Of a stretch of 64,000 bases of DNA, positions 11,655 through 25,394 are shown in pieces. The stretch is from Leucoraja erinacea. Taxonomy: Eukaryota. The DNA lies in assembly GCF_028641065.1 (NCBI RefSeq), contig NC_073382.1, forward strand, positions 59,396,001-59,460,000, read 5' to 3'. Position 1 is the stretch's first letter. Each line of letters begins with the position of its first letter. The notes under the pieces are model-generated. The model saw only the letters and a list, made by a program, of their open reading frames with translations, was not told where the DNA came from and made no database searches. The translations under genes and the position numbers were made by a program.

Positions 11655-13452
11655 GTGATAAGCGTTAAAAGTTCTCTCTGTGATTTACTAGTTTATTCAC
11701 TATTTTATAAATTGAATTCTAGAACCTTCAGAAAATAATTTCATTTCCCCATAGATATTACCTTAAGATATTTTCTTCTGTAATCCTTGGAACCTGTAAC
11801 AATTATCAGTGAAATATCAGAAGGGTCCCAACCTGAAATGTCACCTTTCTATTTTATATTTCTATATTATTTCCTTCCGAGGATGAGTAAAGTTTTATCG
11901 TATGGTAAGTAATATTTTAAGCTATTTGATTGTTTTATTGGGCAAGTGTGCAGTGTTACTGAATCAGAATGGAAGATTGCAGTTTTAGGTTTTGGCCTGT
12001 AATGAATAAGCCTTTACATCAACTACAACAAATAAAAAGACAACAAATGGATAATTGTAGAGACAGAGATCTGCAGATGTTGTTTTACCAAAAAATACAC
12101 ACAAGTGCTGGAGTAACTCAGTGGGTCAGGGAGCATCTCCAGAGAACTTCAATTTTGGGTCGGGACCCTTCTACAGATATTTCATTGATAATTGTTCCAG
12201 TTTCCATGGATTACAGAGGAAAATATCTTCAGGATCTACTTCTGATCATTCACTGTGAAGTGAAACGTGCATATGTAGGACTCTGCTGAAGCACCTGCCC
12301 ACACTTAGTGTGGATTCAAATAGTGTTACAGTGCTGACCATCTCCATAGAAGTAAACTTCAATCACCATTTTACACAGAATCAATGTGTTTAATGCATAT
12401 TTATAGAGTTGTGATGATGTCTCCATGTCTTATATTGAATGTAACTTGCCAACACTTTGAACTCAAGTGAACATAATGTATTTAATGCTGTGTTGTAAAA
12501 GTAAATACGTTTACAATTCCTTAGTTATGAATAAAGTAGAAAGTAAAACAAATAATTATAAAAATTGTGTTTTTCACACGAACTATGTAAACTGAACATG
12601 AGCACTAACTCAGAAGCAGAAGAATAAATTACTTACAGAAAAATAATGCACAGAGCAAGTATGTGGAAACCAGGGACTGCAGATGCTGGTTTACAAAATA
12701 AAACAAAGTGCTTAGCGTGTCAGGCAGCATCTCTGCAGAACATGGATAGGTGATGTTTCGGGTCAGGACTCTTCTTCGTCTGACTTAGTGTGGACACAAG
12801 CAGTGAAATAGTGCTGACCATATCCACAGACGTAAACCTCTATGAAGGTTATATAGAGTTGCGTTCTTTTTGTACACTAATTTGATTGTTCTGTGTATAA
12901 AATCTATATTGGGGACAACTAAAGTATATTAGGCCCGAAAGCCCAAGACGTGAAACCAAATTCGATGGCTAATCTAAATAAAGCAGAAGCACATCAAGCA
13001 CACCATAGGTACACATAAACCCTGTTTTCGGCCCAAAACGTTGCCTATTTCCTTCACCCCATAGAGTATGCTGCACCCGCTGAGTTTCTCCAGCATTTTT
13101 GTGTACCTTCGATTTTCCAGCATCTGCAGTTCCTTCTTAAAAACTAATTAACTGCACCACGTCTTGGGTTGGAAAACAAATACAAAATGCAGTTCAAGCA
13201 GATTGTAACGGTGATCCCAGCATTGGATGGTCTATGTTTAAAGTGAAAGCAGTCTTGTTTATATTGCCAAATTATTTTTCAGCTGTCTGTGATGAAAGAA
13301 ATACCAGAGGGTTTCCAAAATCAACGTAGTGCATCTTAGCACGAGTCATTAAAGTAAAAAATTCACAAAAAAATAGAACCAGGATGCAAAACTATTATAC
13401 GGTCATGTATAACATGATCGGCAGACGAATTAAGGATTTTTTCTTTTAACAG

Positions 13453-13554
13453 CTACAAAGGAAGAAGCTAAAAAAGTCCATTATCGAAAGAAGATAGCAG
13501 ACTACATGGATCGAGCAGAAAAAATTAAAGAACAACTGAATGACCTCAAAGAAA
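13453..13554 (+). CDS. MITD1: MITD1 coding exon 2
   Basis: AG/GT-bounded 102 bp, phase 1/1; TKEEAKKVHYRKKIADYMDRAEKIKEQL (MIT helix 3). Confidence 0.95.
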
Positions 13555-14969
13555 GTAACTATTTTTGCAGTAATATTTTTGTAAGTTCCACATTTGGCAT
13601 ATTTTTTCATGTAAGATCTAATTATTAGAATACATTATTTTTGCTTCAAATTGTAAATGTTCCAAATGCTTCAGAAGTTAGAATAATAATTCAATTGTTT
13701 ACTCTAATACTGCGCCATACAGAAAAGAAAAAAGCTGTATTAATTTCCTGGTCCAGGCTGATTTAACTGATCTCATCTGGGAAGGTACGAAATACAGTTA
13801 CAATGACCCCTGGTGAAGGAAAGAAATAACCTATCAGCCATGTCACTGAGCAGTTAGCTGCATAAAAAATAAACATTATTATCAAGGAGGAGGATAATTG
13901 TCTAAGCTCACAGAAACAATGCTTGGAAACATAGAACATAGAAAAGTACAACACAGGAAAAAGCCATTCGACCCACATTGTATGCGTCAAACATGATGCC
14001 CAGATAAACTGCCTGCACATGATCGACACCCTTCATTCCCTGCACATCCATATACTTATCTTAAAAACCTCCTAAACGCCATATCTGTCTCCATTCCCAC
14101 CTGGTGCATGTTCCAGGCACATAGCACTTAAAGAAAAAAACACACCCGCACATCTCCTTTAAACTTTGTCCTTTCACCCAGAGCCGGATTTACCTATAGG
14201 CTTTATAGGCTGAAGCCCAAGGCCTCAAATTCTAGGGGGCCTCCGGCCAAGGTGTTTTTTCCCCAGAGTAAAAAAAATTCCGAGGAAAAAAAGAAATCGG
14301 AGCGCAATCAGCGTTTCCACTTTGACGGAAAGTACCCGAAATTCTGGTTCCAGCCCGCTGGAAGTTTTGGAGGGGATAAAAGATTGCGACCGTCCGCGAC
14401 TGCGCAGTTGGGGAAAGCCAGTGACGCTGTAGCGACGCAAAATGACGCCGTCTCTCTGCGCAGTGGGCCTGGGCGCGTTCAGATCTCCATTTGCACTCTA
14501 CACAATCACCTCGATGACTCGTGTCTACTCTAGATATGTAGTGGAATATTGAGTTGCGGGAGTGCCCGTTTCGCTGGGCCGGGGGGGCTGCGGTGTCTGC
14601 GGCGCGGAGTCGGAGCCTTGCTGCCTGGGAGCGAGAGAGAGGAGGAAGGAGGGGGGTTGGGGGGACGTGAGGGGAGAGGGGGTTTGGAGAGACAGATGGG
14701 GCGGGAGAGAGAGGGGGAAGGAGAATGGGGAGAAGGAAAGGAGGATTATCTTTAGTGAGATTGCAAAATTAAGGTAGGTTTTAGAGCAATTATATTTTCT
14801 CCTCCGTATGAATAATATCAAACAATTGGAACTGCTTTCTATTCCTTGATAAATATACTGAAAAATATGAATTCCATAGTTTGCGACTTTTTGCATCATA
14901 TTTTAATGTGCACACACTAACACAGTGGAACAGTAACAGGCAATCAAATCAACACACAAAACATTTTCT

Positions 14970-16399
14970 TTTTTTTTTCTTTCTTTTTTTTCTTTTATTA
15001 TTTTTTTGAGCTTTAAAAAAGATAGAAATAAAAGAAGTAAGGAAAGTGAGAAAGAGTAGTGAAGGTGCAGGAAAGTGTTGGGAAAAGAAAGCCCATTAAA
15101 AAAGGAGTTAGAGAAAGTTAAGAAATCGACCCTAGAAAAGAAAGAAAGAGTAACAATCGCTCTATTATTTTAAAAAAACTCCGCAAAAAGGGATATACCA
15201 ACCGTATTTTTCACCCCCCGTTACCAGATCCTGGCACCATTTATTTTTTAAATTATTATTGCACCTTATGCTTGTAATAAGTCCATAAATGCAGATCACG
15301 TCTTTTGAAAGTGGTCTGCTTTGCCTGCTAGGAGGAGTCTCATCTCTTCCAGATGTAATGTTTCGAACATGTTTGAAATCCACATTTTTATTGTTGGTAT
15401 AGGAGCGTTTTTCCAGAATTTGAGTACAGGTGAACAACCTTTTATCCGAAAGCCTTGGGACCAGACACTTCTCGGATTTCGGAATTTTTCGGATGTCGGA
15501 ATGGAAGATTTTTAGCGTAGATTAGATAGGTAGCGCGGGCGGCTTGGAAAGTCTGGAGCGGCTGCCTCCTCCCCGGAGACCGGGGAATCATTGTAAATCA
15601 TTGCTTAAATGTTAGTCAGTTAGTTTGGAGGGCTTTTATGTGGTGAAGGGGGGGGGGGAGGTGAAGGGGGAAACTTTAATTCTTAGTCCCCTACCTGGAC
15701 GGAGAGGCGGGGAGCGGGCAATGCCTTTCCGGGTCGCCGTGCCGTTAGCTGCGGAGCGCTGTGGCCGCCGACTCGCAACATCGTGGGGCTGCGGGCGTCC
15801 GGCCGAGAGCGGCGCCGGTTGGAGCTCAGACCCCGGCGAAATCGGTCCTTGGCCCCGCAGCCCCAGCTCCGCCATGTTGGGAGTCGGCGGCGGCGCAGCG
15901 CTGGGATACCAGCGGGGAGCGGGCAATGCCTTTCCGGGTTGCCGTGCGGTAAGCTTCCAAGCGCTGTGGCCGCGGACTCCCAACATCGCGGAGCTGGGGC
16001 TGCGTGCGCCGGCCGCGGGCGGCACTGGATTTGGAGCGCCGCGGAGCCAGGGATCGAGTATTAAAGTTCTCTGGAGAATTAAAGTTTTCCCCTTCACCCG
16101 CCCCCCCATAAAAGCCCTCCAAACTAACTGACTAACATTTAAGCAATGATTTACAGATGTTTAAGTGTCTCCCCGGTCTCCGGGGAGGAGGCAGCCGCTA
16201 CAGTAGTACAGACCTGGGTTGACCGTGGGTCGTTTCGGGTCAAGTTTGGCGCCAAACGCGAGCATTGGTGTGTAGACGACATCCTGGAAAAAATGTCCAG
16301 GTTTCGGAGCTTTTCGGTTTACAGAATTTCGGATGAAAGGTTGTGCACCTGTATAAGCTTTTTTCCCATTATTAGCCCGTAATTAAGTAAATTCTTTTG
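14970..16399 (-). mobile_element. 5'-truncated L1/Tx1-like LINE 3' end, split by a MITE
   Basis: A-rich tail on the minus strand; C-terminal LIMGKKLILKFWKNAPIPTIKMW read across the MITE; TSD AACATTTTCT at 14960-14969 and 16400-16409. Confidence 0.75.
15427..16351. mobile_element. Tc1/mariner(pogo)-type MITE
   Basis: TIRs CAGGTG(A/C)ACAACCTTT..ATCCG with TA TSD; internal ~130-bp inverted repeat (~15557-15685 vs ~16073-16199). Confidence 0.85.
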
Positions 16400-19125
16400 A
16401 ACATTTTCTAATAAAAGGTTTTATTTACTGCAAAAATGTACAGTATTTTATTTGCAGTGTTTGCATTCTCTATAACATTTTACAAAACATTTTACAGTAC
16501 AGCTTGATTATTAAAACAAGGTCAACTTCAATTCTTGATTTTAAAAAATGTGTACAACAATGACCCCAATCATCCCATTCCATCCACTTGTTACTCTTGA
16601 CTCAACCAAAATTATTTCTGAAATATTGGTCATAAATTTAGTGCAAAAATGCTCCAAAATAAGGCTCAGAATGCACCAGAGAGCATCTAAAATCCTAGAG
16701 CTTCCAGAGCCCGCTTAAGGGCCCTGGATCCCGGCCGCAAGGGACTTTCAGTTTTGCGCTTGTGATATGCACTGCGTGCACTTATTTCACATAAAACTTT
16801 TGTAATCCTGCCTTTATGAAAAGCTTCGTATGGGCCTGGTGTATAATATTTTTGACACAGTTATAGGCCTTTCTTACATATGCAGTCACAACGCACTGTA
16901 ATCTCTAAACACCACTTCAGTAATTTTCCTTGCCCTCCATTTCAGAATAATAGTGTTTTAGGCTGATAACTCGAAACTAGCACTGGCAATAAGTATATAA
17001 ATAAAAAGCGCAGCTTTCCAGCCGCTTATCGTATTGGCCACTCTCGGTTGCACATCAGTGTCAATCTGGTGGACTCTTCCATCTTCCTCTAGTCATGGGG
17101 GTGGGGGATTGGGAAGGGCCTCACAAGTGGAATAGCCTAGGGCCTCTCTTCATCTAAATCCGGCATTGCTTTCACCTTACAGCTATGCTTTCTAGTCTTT
17201 CACCATTTCACCTTGAGAAAAGGGTTCTGACTGTCTACCTTATCAATGCCTCTCATACTTTTATACACTTCTTTCAGGTCTCCGCTCAACCTCCAGCATT
17301 CTAGAGAAAATAATCCAAGTTTGCCAACATCTCCTTGTAGCTAATACCCTCTAATCCCACGAGACAGTTTTCTGGTAAAGCTCTTCTGAACCCTCTCCAA
17401 AGTCTCCACATCCTTCCTGCAATGGGTTACTTACTATTCCTTCTAAACACTTTTTAGTTTGGGGGGGGTGAGAGGGTGATAAAGTGACAGAAACAAACAC
17501 CCGGATAATGTTACAGTATCAGGTGATATAATTATATCAACGTCTCAACACCCTTAATGATGATATATTAGTGATCAATGCAATGTTCGAAATAAATCCT
17601 CCTCACCATAGAAAGTAACATAAATATTTCAATGGAATCTTCTTGGGTTTGTTTCATACAGTTTAAGAATAGTGTTCTTATAGAAGCATAGAGGGACAGG
17701 AGGAGTTTAACTACTAACTACCTTAATAATAAAGCTATTTAAAGCCCACACATTTACATATTTTTCCTCGTGAATGCATCTTTGTTATTTGCCTCAGCTA
17801 CTCCCGTGAAAGCAAGTTCCACATTCACATGAGGTCATCAATTCTATCATATTAATGTTGGCAAAATTTTGATTTATTAACTCTTTCTTTCCAGTTTTCT
17901 GCTTGTAATATATGGACCTAAATACTTATCCTGGTAATTTTTAAATGTGCTGAGCATTACAGCTTTCTCCGGCCTTATAATCAGCAAGTTTCAGATCACG
18001 GTATTTGGGTATAAAAGTTAAAATCCTCCATATCCCTCTAACCCTTTAACCAATTAATTAAATCTCTTTACCAATTTCTTGTTCAACATTCCTGTTATTA
18101 TCTGGCTCTTTCATAATTCAACCAAATCAAATCTCCACAGTTTCTTTTAATCCAAAGAAAGCATCTCTGTACTATGGTTGTCAGAGCATTCCAGTAAAAA
18201 AGGGATAGGTTATGGGTGGGGCTAAAAGCCTTGCTGTTTAACATGAGATCTTTGGTATGGAACAAAGGGCCAAATGTTCCCTCTAACTATACACTATTAA
18301 TCTTGTACGTTGATGAGATTAAGAAAGTGAAAGAGGAATAAGAAAACGTAATACAATATCCACCAGTTACACATCCTAAAGGGTTGTGAACGCTATGGTC
18401 ACAAGACATAGGAAAGCAAGAATGTGTTACCAGAGCAGAGTTGTGGTAAGTTGACCACCCTCCTCTTATCTTGTCTCAGCTAATGAAGGCAAGTATTTCA
18501 GTTGCTACTAATCCACCTTCTATATTTCTTCCTGCTATTGGAATGCTGGAAACATTCCATTTGTCATTCCTCAGCCCACTTGCCAACTGATCTCGCTGTG
18601 ATTCTTGGTAACTATTGTCACTGTCTAAGATGCCATCTATTTTAATGCCTTGTCACCCATTCAGCCACATTTTCTAATATCTATAATATCCTCTATAATG
18701 TCAGTCTTCTGAGCTCCATGGAATAAAGTGCTAGCTTGCCCAACCGTTTCCTCTAGCTCAGGTCTTCGAGTCCTGGCAGCATCCTCATAAATCTTTTCTG
18801 CACTATTCCCAGCTTAATGGCATCTTTCCTATAGCATAACTGACCACAATGCTCTAAGAACAATCACCTAAACCTTCCTATTATTGGAAATGTGTTCTAA
18901 TATGGGGAGAAAATGCAGCTGTTTGTTAAAATTGAATAAAGGTTTCAGAGGGCATTTTTCATGACTAGTTACAGCTGATCATCATGTGGGGTTGCAATTG
19001 CATCCAGTGCAGGAAGTCCTTTTCTAAAGAACATTAATAAATTAATAGCTATTTTTTAATGATAAAGGTTTCTATTATATTTTAATGTAAAATGTTTTTT
19101 TTAATTTTAAAACAAATATGCTAAC

Positions 19126-19398
19126 TGTGGCGTCACCTGATGGTCAGACCACTTACGGTCGAACCCGTGTCAGTGGTTATGAGGGCTGTCATGTGACGTC
19201 ATTGGTTAAGGGGAGTGTCCTAGTACTTAAGCAGATCTCACCTGAAGATCACAAGTCGACAGGTAGCTGAGCTAGAGACAACATCCTTGCTCAGCTGCAG
19301 CAGCAATGAGAATTTGTTAGAGGACCAAATGTATGTATTTCAAACCTATTATGTCTGAATAAAGCAACTGTTTATTCACCACGTTTGGTGCTGCAACA
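19126..19398 (+). mobile_element. Solo LTR (273 bp)
   Basis: TG...CA ends, 4-bp TSD TAAC (19122-19125 and 19399-19402), AATAAA at 19358-19363. Confidence 0.8.
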
Positions 19399-19893
19399 TA
19401 ACTGCCATTTGCGTTCTTGGGATATAAAAATCTTTATCAAGAGAGCTGGACTGAATAAGTAGTTATCTCATGAAATGATGGAAGATTTGTTACCTCAGAT
19501 TTAAAAAAAATCAGTTTTCTTCCTGATAATTAATGAATTCTTAAACATGTACAGTTAATTATAATAAATCAGCATAAATGTTTTATTTTTCTCTGAATAA
19601 GATAAACCAATTCATCTTAAAACTTAAACTGCTATAAAGAATTGAACCTGAAATACACAATTAGAAATTGTTCTGTGCACAAACAATTGCTTAAAGTTAA
19701 TATTATTTTATTTATAATATTATTGCCTTCAAGTGCCATTGTGTTCCTGTGGTTTAATATTTCCTCTTAACAAATGAAGTGATGCAGAATTTTAAAATTC
19801 TAAATTAAAAAAGATGTGCAATAATTATAATCCCAAAGTTCTGACTAAAATATTATGAAGGTGTATATAAACTTACTAATTTCTGCATTTTAG

Positions 19894-20030
19894 AAGGAAA
19901 ATACCACGAACAGATCAAAATTCCAGATGATGCTACGGGGTTTTGTTATGAAAAATTGTTCAAACCATACTTGGATTCATTTGTTACTGAGGTCTGGGTG
20001 GAAGATCCATATATCAGGCATGTTCACCAG
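19894..20030 (+). CDS. MITD1: MITD1 coding exon 3
   Basis: [22 protein letters not shown]...[14 protein letters not shown]; AG/GT boundaries, phase 1/0. Confidence 0.95.
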
Positions 20031-20402
20031 GTGATAATTATTCCACTGCGCTATTGGAATGCTTTGTTGATTGGTTTTGCCTTAATTTGTAAACAAGATC
20101 ACTGATTTTATTTTTATTAATTGACAAACTACTTTCATGACAATGGGTGTTCAGAAAAGTTATTGTTGGTATTACAGTTTTCCCCACATTTACCAGACAT
20201 TAAGATTATATAGGCAAATGTAATTGACAATGTTATCTCAATTACTGTTAAATGAAAGCAATTGAAGTTTCCTATTGTTGAATACCAGTCCCTATTCAAA
20301 TATGTTGAGATAATGAAGTGAATTTGTATACTGTAACACACCAATAATGCAAAACAAATAACAACCTATAAAAACGATACTAATTTTATACCTTTTTTTA
20401 AG

Positions 20403-20486
20403 GTGTACAACTTCTTGAAATTCTGCGAGATGCTTGTAAAAGGACCTTGCAGTGTGAAAACTATCCATCTGCTGACTTCACTTGAT
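20403..20486 (+). CDS. MITD1: MITD1 coding exon 4
   Basis: [28 protein letters not shown]; 84 bp, AG/GT. Confidence 0.95.
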
Positions 20487-21264
20487 GTATGTGATTTACA
20501 GTGAATCATCATATTACTGTTAGAAGGCCAGATTGTTCATTGCAAGGCAGTAACAAATTCAGTATAAGAACTAAAGCTAGAATGCTGCATATACATTATT
20601 AAAAGTGTTAATAATACCAACATGGAGTTGAACAATTCATTTACTGTATATTCAAAGTGCCTCCTGGTTTTTGGAATCAGATGTTCACACTAATAAATTT
20701 TTTGGATATACTTCTATGTTGAAATAGCTAAAGTTATGATGTGCATAATGTGAAATTTCCTAAGGGGTAAAATTTCAGCAGTGAAGAATTGGCAGTGGAC
20801 ATTTAGCTGTGTTTTTTTAGAGATACACAGCTGTCAGTAGACCCAAGAACACATCTTGTCCTTTAACCATACTCTGTAAACTCCCCCAAGTTAAATAGCC
20901 CTTTACCCAGTCATTAAACTACCCGAAAGCCTGGACATCATTCAAAAAGTTTTAAATATAGTTTGCATAATTAATATGACAGTAGGAGCACCTTACCTAT
21001 CTTTGTATGTTTCCTATCGGCCAATTTTATAAGGGATAGAATCTTACAGCAGATTGTTCATGTCTTCAGTTATGGTGTATGAATACCGTAAAAGGAAGAA
21101 AAAATGTCTTAAGGAGATGCCAAAAATTATTGGATAGTTATATTCATATGATTTTAAGTTTGATTTATAGGAAACTTGCACACTGTATTGCTGATGATAT
21201 TTCTACCACATTTATAGTTAGAAAATTTGATACATCTTTTATTTCACCATTCTATTCAATTTAG

Positions 21265-21380
21265 AATGCTGGTAATGTGCAGCAGACCAGCGGCCTAGAG
21301 GAAATAAAACAGTCATTGCAGAGGTACAATATAACGTTGGAGGTGAAATACTCCCCTTCAATACACGATCGAGAAATCAG
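21265..21380 (+). CDS. MITD1: MITD1 coding exon 5
   Basis: [13 protein letters not shown]...[10 protein letters not shown]; AG/GT, phase 0/2. Confidence 0.95.
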
Positions 21381-22873
21381 GTAACTTAGATGTAGAGGTT
21401 TTTTTAAGCTTGAGATATTACTAATTTATCGTTTCTAGTGTTATTTAGCCTTTGTCCGCAGGTTTTGTTCACTGATCTTAGCATTCTTTATTTGTCATTT
21501 GAGACAATGGTGAAAGCATTCTGCATTTGTACCTTCAAAGTGGCTACTAACATCTAGATTTGTGTAAGAGTAATTAAAACGTTGGTCCTGCCTTTTCCTC
21601 TTTTTAACACAAATTTGCATTTATATAGCATTTGACATAAAATGAAAATAAAATTATGCAATATGGTAAAATGGATTGTTCAGTTTAATACTGTCACATG
21701 TACAGAGGGAAAGTGAAAAGCTTTAGTTTGTGTTCTATCCAGTCAAAGACTATACACGATTACAATCGAGCAGTCTACAGCGTGCTCATTGTATTAGATT
21801 AAAAGCTGATGGAATTAGATTTCCAAATGACTTTTACAAAGAAATTAGGTACTATAAAAAAGTGTCATGGGCGTAGTAGAAAAGTGAAATTAACTGGTTT
21901 GCTTAATGATGAAGAGAATTTGATGGACCAAATGTTTTCCTGCAATATTGCACTATTGTAGAGTCCAATATACATTATGTATCTACAAAGACGTAGCTAC
22001 TATGATTCAACCTTTTATCCATTCAGAAACCATAGCTGCCATCTAGAAGGCATGCAAAAAATTAACACCCACTACATCAGCTGACGTTGTATTCCAAAGG
22101 CTGAAACGGGAAAATAGGAGCACTATTTATTCCTTTTAATCGTGTATGGACCACATATCAGATCATTTTAGTAAACAGTAAAATACAAAGAAAGTCAGAC
22201 AGATATAAAAAATATGTAGCAGGTCAGGCATGGATTAAGAAACAATGTTAACATTTCAGATTGATTACGTATGTGCAATACATTATGATGAAAGGTCATA
22301 ACCTGAAGCTTTAATCTTAGTTCATTCTACAACATGCTCACAGTCTTATGCGTTTCATTAGTTTCAGTTTTTACAATTATGTAAATAGACTAAGGTTCTT
22401 CAAACTCTCCAATGGATACAAAACCATTCAGAGTACTGATATGTTCTGACCAATCTGTAACCTTATTTAGTTACCTTAATACATTGATTTTAGCTAATTT
22501 TCTCTACATTAAATAGATTTTTCATTTCTGTGCAAGTAATAACTAGATGTAATCCACATGTTGCTTCCATTCTTCCTAATCCCTTCAAGCTTTTACACTG
22601 AAATGAGAACATACTAAAAGTTAAATGTCCCAAACTATGAATTAGAGAAATGTAAAACTGCTTCAATAGAACGTGAATGGTATATTTACAGATGCTTCTT
22701 GGTTCTATTTTTTGGCGATAAAACCTTTTTTACAACTAATTTTTAACATTCTTGTGCAAATTACTATATTGCTATAATCTTCATGAGAACATTAATTTAT
22801 GTTTTGCATTTCATTTTAGAAAACTGCCTTTTTTAAAATATGTTTGTAATTGTAACATTTTAATTCATGACAG

Positions 22874-22934
22874 ATTCAACAATGGGTGGATAATCAAGAT
22901 TGGAAGAGGATTAGATTACTTTAAAAAAACACAG
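22874..22934 (+). CDS. MITD1: MITD1 coding exon 6
   Basis: [20 protein letters not shown]; AG/GT, phase 2/0. Confidence 0.95.
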
Positions 22935-23348
22935 GTTTGTTTTTTGAAGGATGAGATAATTCTACACCATCAGAGATGAAATTGTGAAAAACGTAACAGG
23001 TGGTTTAGTTACAACAACTTTTGTTTATTGTCCCCTTATAATGTCCCCATTTTCCTGCTGCATCCAGTGCAGCCACAGAAGATTAGCAGCAAGAAAGCAA
23101 AGTTCCTGGAGGAGTAGCTTTGCCTTCTCTGCAGACTTATTTCTGGTTGCTTTTGAGATGATTGGTGTGATTTCATGTCCCATGATAGATTGGAAGAAAA
23201 CTCATTCTCCAGTTGTACCTTGATGTTCATTACTAACAAGACCGTAATGGCAGCAGGTCAGGTAATGGTCAGAAACATGGAGTAAGGGAAATCTGAATAT
23301 AACCTGATCATAAAATGTTTGAATTATCAATATGCACTCTTGAAAGTA

Positions 23349-24708
23349 ATGGGCCTGTCCCACTTAGGTGGCTTTTTAGGCGACTGCAGGAGACTATGCA
23401 GTCACCACATGTTCATGGCTAGTTGCCGGGGAGTCATCTTCATGGTCGCGAGGAGTTCCTGCATTCTGGGAACTAGTCGCGGCCTCATTATGGTCACCGC
23501 GAATATTTCAACATGTTGAATGAAGCCGCCATGGAGAGTAGCGAGAGTTCTCGTGCCGTAGGTGGGCCGCCAAGAGGCCCTAATGGGTTGCCAGGAGGTC
23601 GAAGATTCTCGGAGGTTCTTGTAGGTTGTCACTGGTGCTGACCGGTGAATTTCATTGGCTCATTGGGGGAAAAAAAGGTAAGCAGTAGTTTTCAGAACCA
23701 AGGATAACCGACCGGTAATGTTAAATGTTCGCCGAGTTTCACAACTGTATATCTCTGGCTTATTAAAAGTTGTCTCCATTCCTTCTCCCCCCGCCCCCCT
23801 TTTTAAAGAACTTACCGTACACTGTGCTAGCCGTCTTAATTACAGCGCCAACCTTCCTGTTCATCGCGGTGTGTGTCTGTAACACCTTGGCTTTGCACCG
23901 CCTGCATAACGGGCTGGTGAAGGAAGATGTGTGTGTCTGTGTGTAGTTGCATCGTTCCAGTTGCTTACAATCAGAATCAGATTTTATTCGGCAAGTATGT
24001 TTTGCAACATACGAGGAATTTCACTGCCAGGTCAGTCATACAATTAAAAGCAACACATCAAAAACACATTTAACATGAACATCCACCACAGTGACCCTTA
24101 CACATTCCTCACTGTGATGGAAGGCGAAATAAAGTTTAAGTCTCTTCCTTTTGTTCTTCCTCGGTCGGGGGCCTCGAGCCCTCCATTCGGGCCCTCCGCG
24201 TCGAGGCGTTCAGCTCCCACATCGGGGGGGATGTCAGCTCCCCCGCGCCGGGCGATCAAACCTCGCGTCGGGGCTGGACGAACCTTCTGCGGCGTTGGAG
24301 CTCCCGACTCGGCCTCTACCGAAACTGCGAGCCCTTGATGTAAGTCCGCAGGCCGCGGTGGGAGCGATCCCAGGCAAGGGATCCCAGCCACTCCGATCTT
24401 AAGTTTGCTCCCCGCTGTGGGGCACACGACAGTCCGAGGCGGCTCCCAGCTCCAGCGATGGTAGACCGCAGAGCCTGGAGAAAGTGATCTGAAAATTGAT
24501 CACATCTCCGGGAGGGTAAGAACTTGAAAAAAAGTTACACCGATTTCCCCCCCGCCCACCCACATAAAATAAACCGAAGAACATAAAATAACTTTTAACA
24601 GATGCTAAAAATAACAAAACTGTGAAAAAACGAACAGACTGCTGGCAGGGCTGGCCATCTCCCCGATGCCCCTGGTGATCAACGTTCCAGTTGCTGGGAC
24701 AGGCCCAT
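23349..24708. mobile_element. PIF/Harbinger-like MITE carrying a nested retroelement
   Basis: TIRs ATGGGCCTGTCCCA / TGGGACAGGCCCAT. The superfamily call is from recall of GGGCCTGT-type ends. Confidence 0.7.
23966..24682 (-). mobile_element. Non-autonomous LINE-dependent (SINE-like) element
   Basis: (CTGATT)n tail; 13-bp TSD CGTTCCAGTTGCT at 23953-23965 and 24683-24695. Shares a CATCCACCACAGTGA..CTCACTGTGATGG hairpin with 44754-45585. Confidence 0.8.
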
Positions 24709-25394
24709 CCTAAAATGTTTGAATTATCAATGTGCACTTTTTAAAGTAAGGGTCTCTTGCAGCATTACAAAATATAACTACTTCAGTAGATTGCTCTTTG
24801 CTTTATTCATCTATTAATTATACACATAGAATAAACATTAAACATCTAATTAATCAAAGTCTTTCATCGTATTTTCTTCTGTTGAAAATTGTTCAGCATA
24901 TCCTAAATTGTGCTATGTCTCCCTGGCTTCCAAGTGAGAGGAATATTTTACGCTACAATTACTGCCTTTGTTGATCCAGTTAACTGTTAAAAGTCTGTAT
25001 TACTTTCATGGCTTAATTTATTTAAGTTGGTTTTGAATAGTCTTTACTATTAATGTAACATGGCGGACAGGCGATGTAAATTTGCTTTCTTAAAGTTATA
25101 TTTTGATCACAATTTAAGTCATTGCTGTATGACCTGATTGACTCAGTGCCAATAATATTCCCTTGGGCTGTGAGGTTGTTCTTTTATGGAGGGATGAAGC
25201 TCCCTCTTTCAATCTTATGTAGTAAGCAAACTCTTGAATCGGTGAATTAATATGCAATAAGAAGCTATTTCAGCAAAAATTAAACTGCTGGAACAGTGCG
25301 TGTTAAGTAGTATCTGTGAAGGCAAAGGAATATTCGGTGTTTTGGGTTCAGACCCTGCATCAGGGCAAAATTCAGAGAAAAAAATAGCTAATAT

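Larger units (their letters stand above)
14179..17168. mobile_element. Non-autonomous hAT-like DNA transposon with nested inserts
   Basis: TIRs CAGAGCCGGATTTA / TAAATCCGGCATTG; 8-bp TSD CTTTCACC at 14171-14178 and 17169-17176. Confidence 0.85.
13926..17430 (-). mobile_element. CR1-type LINE 3' fragment split by the hAT insertion
   Basis: CATAGAA-type tail at ~13930. The sequence resumes at 17177 after the TSD. Confidence 0.7.
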
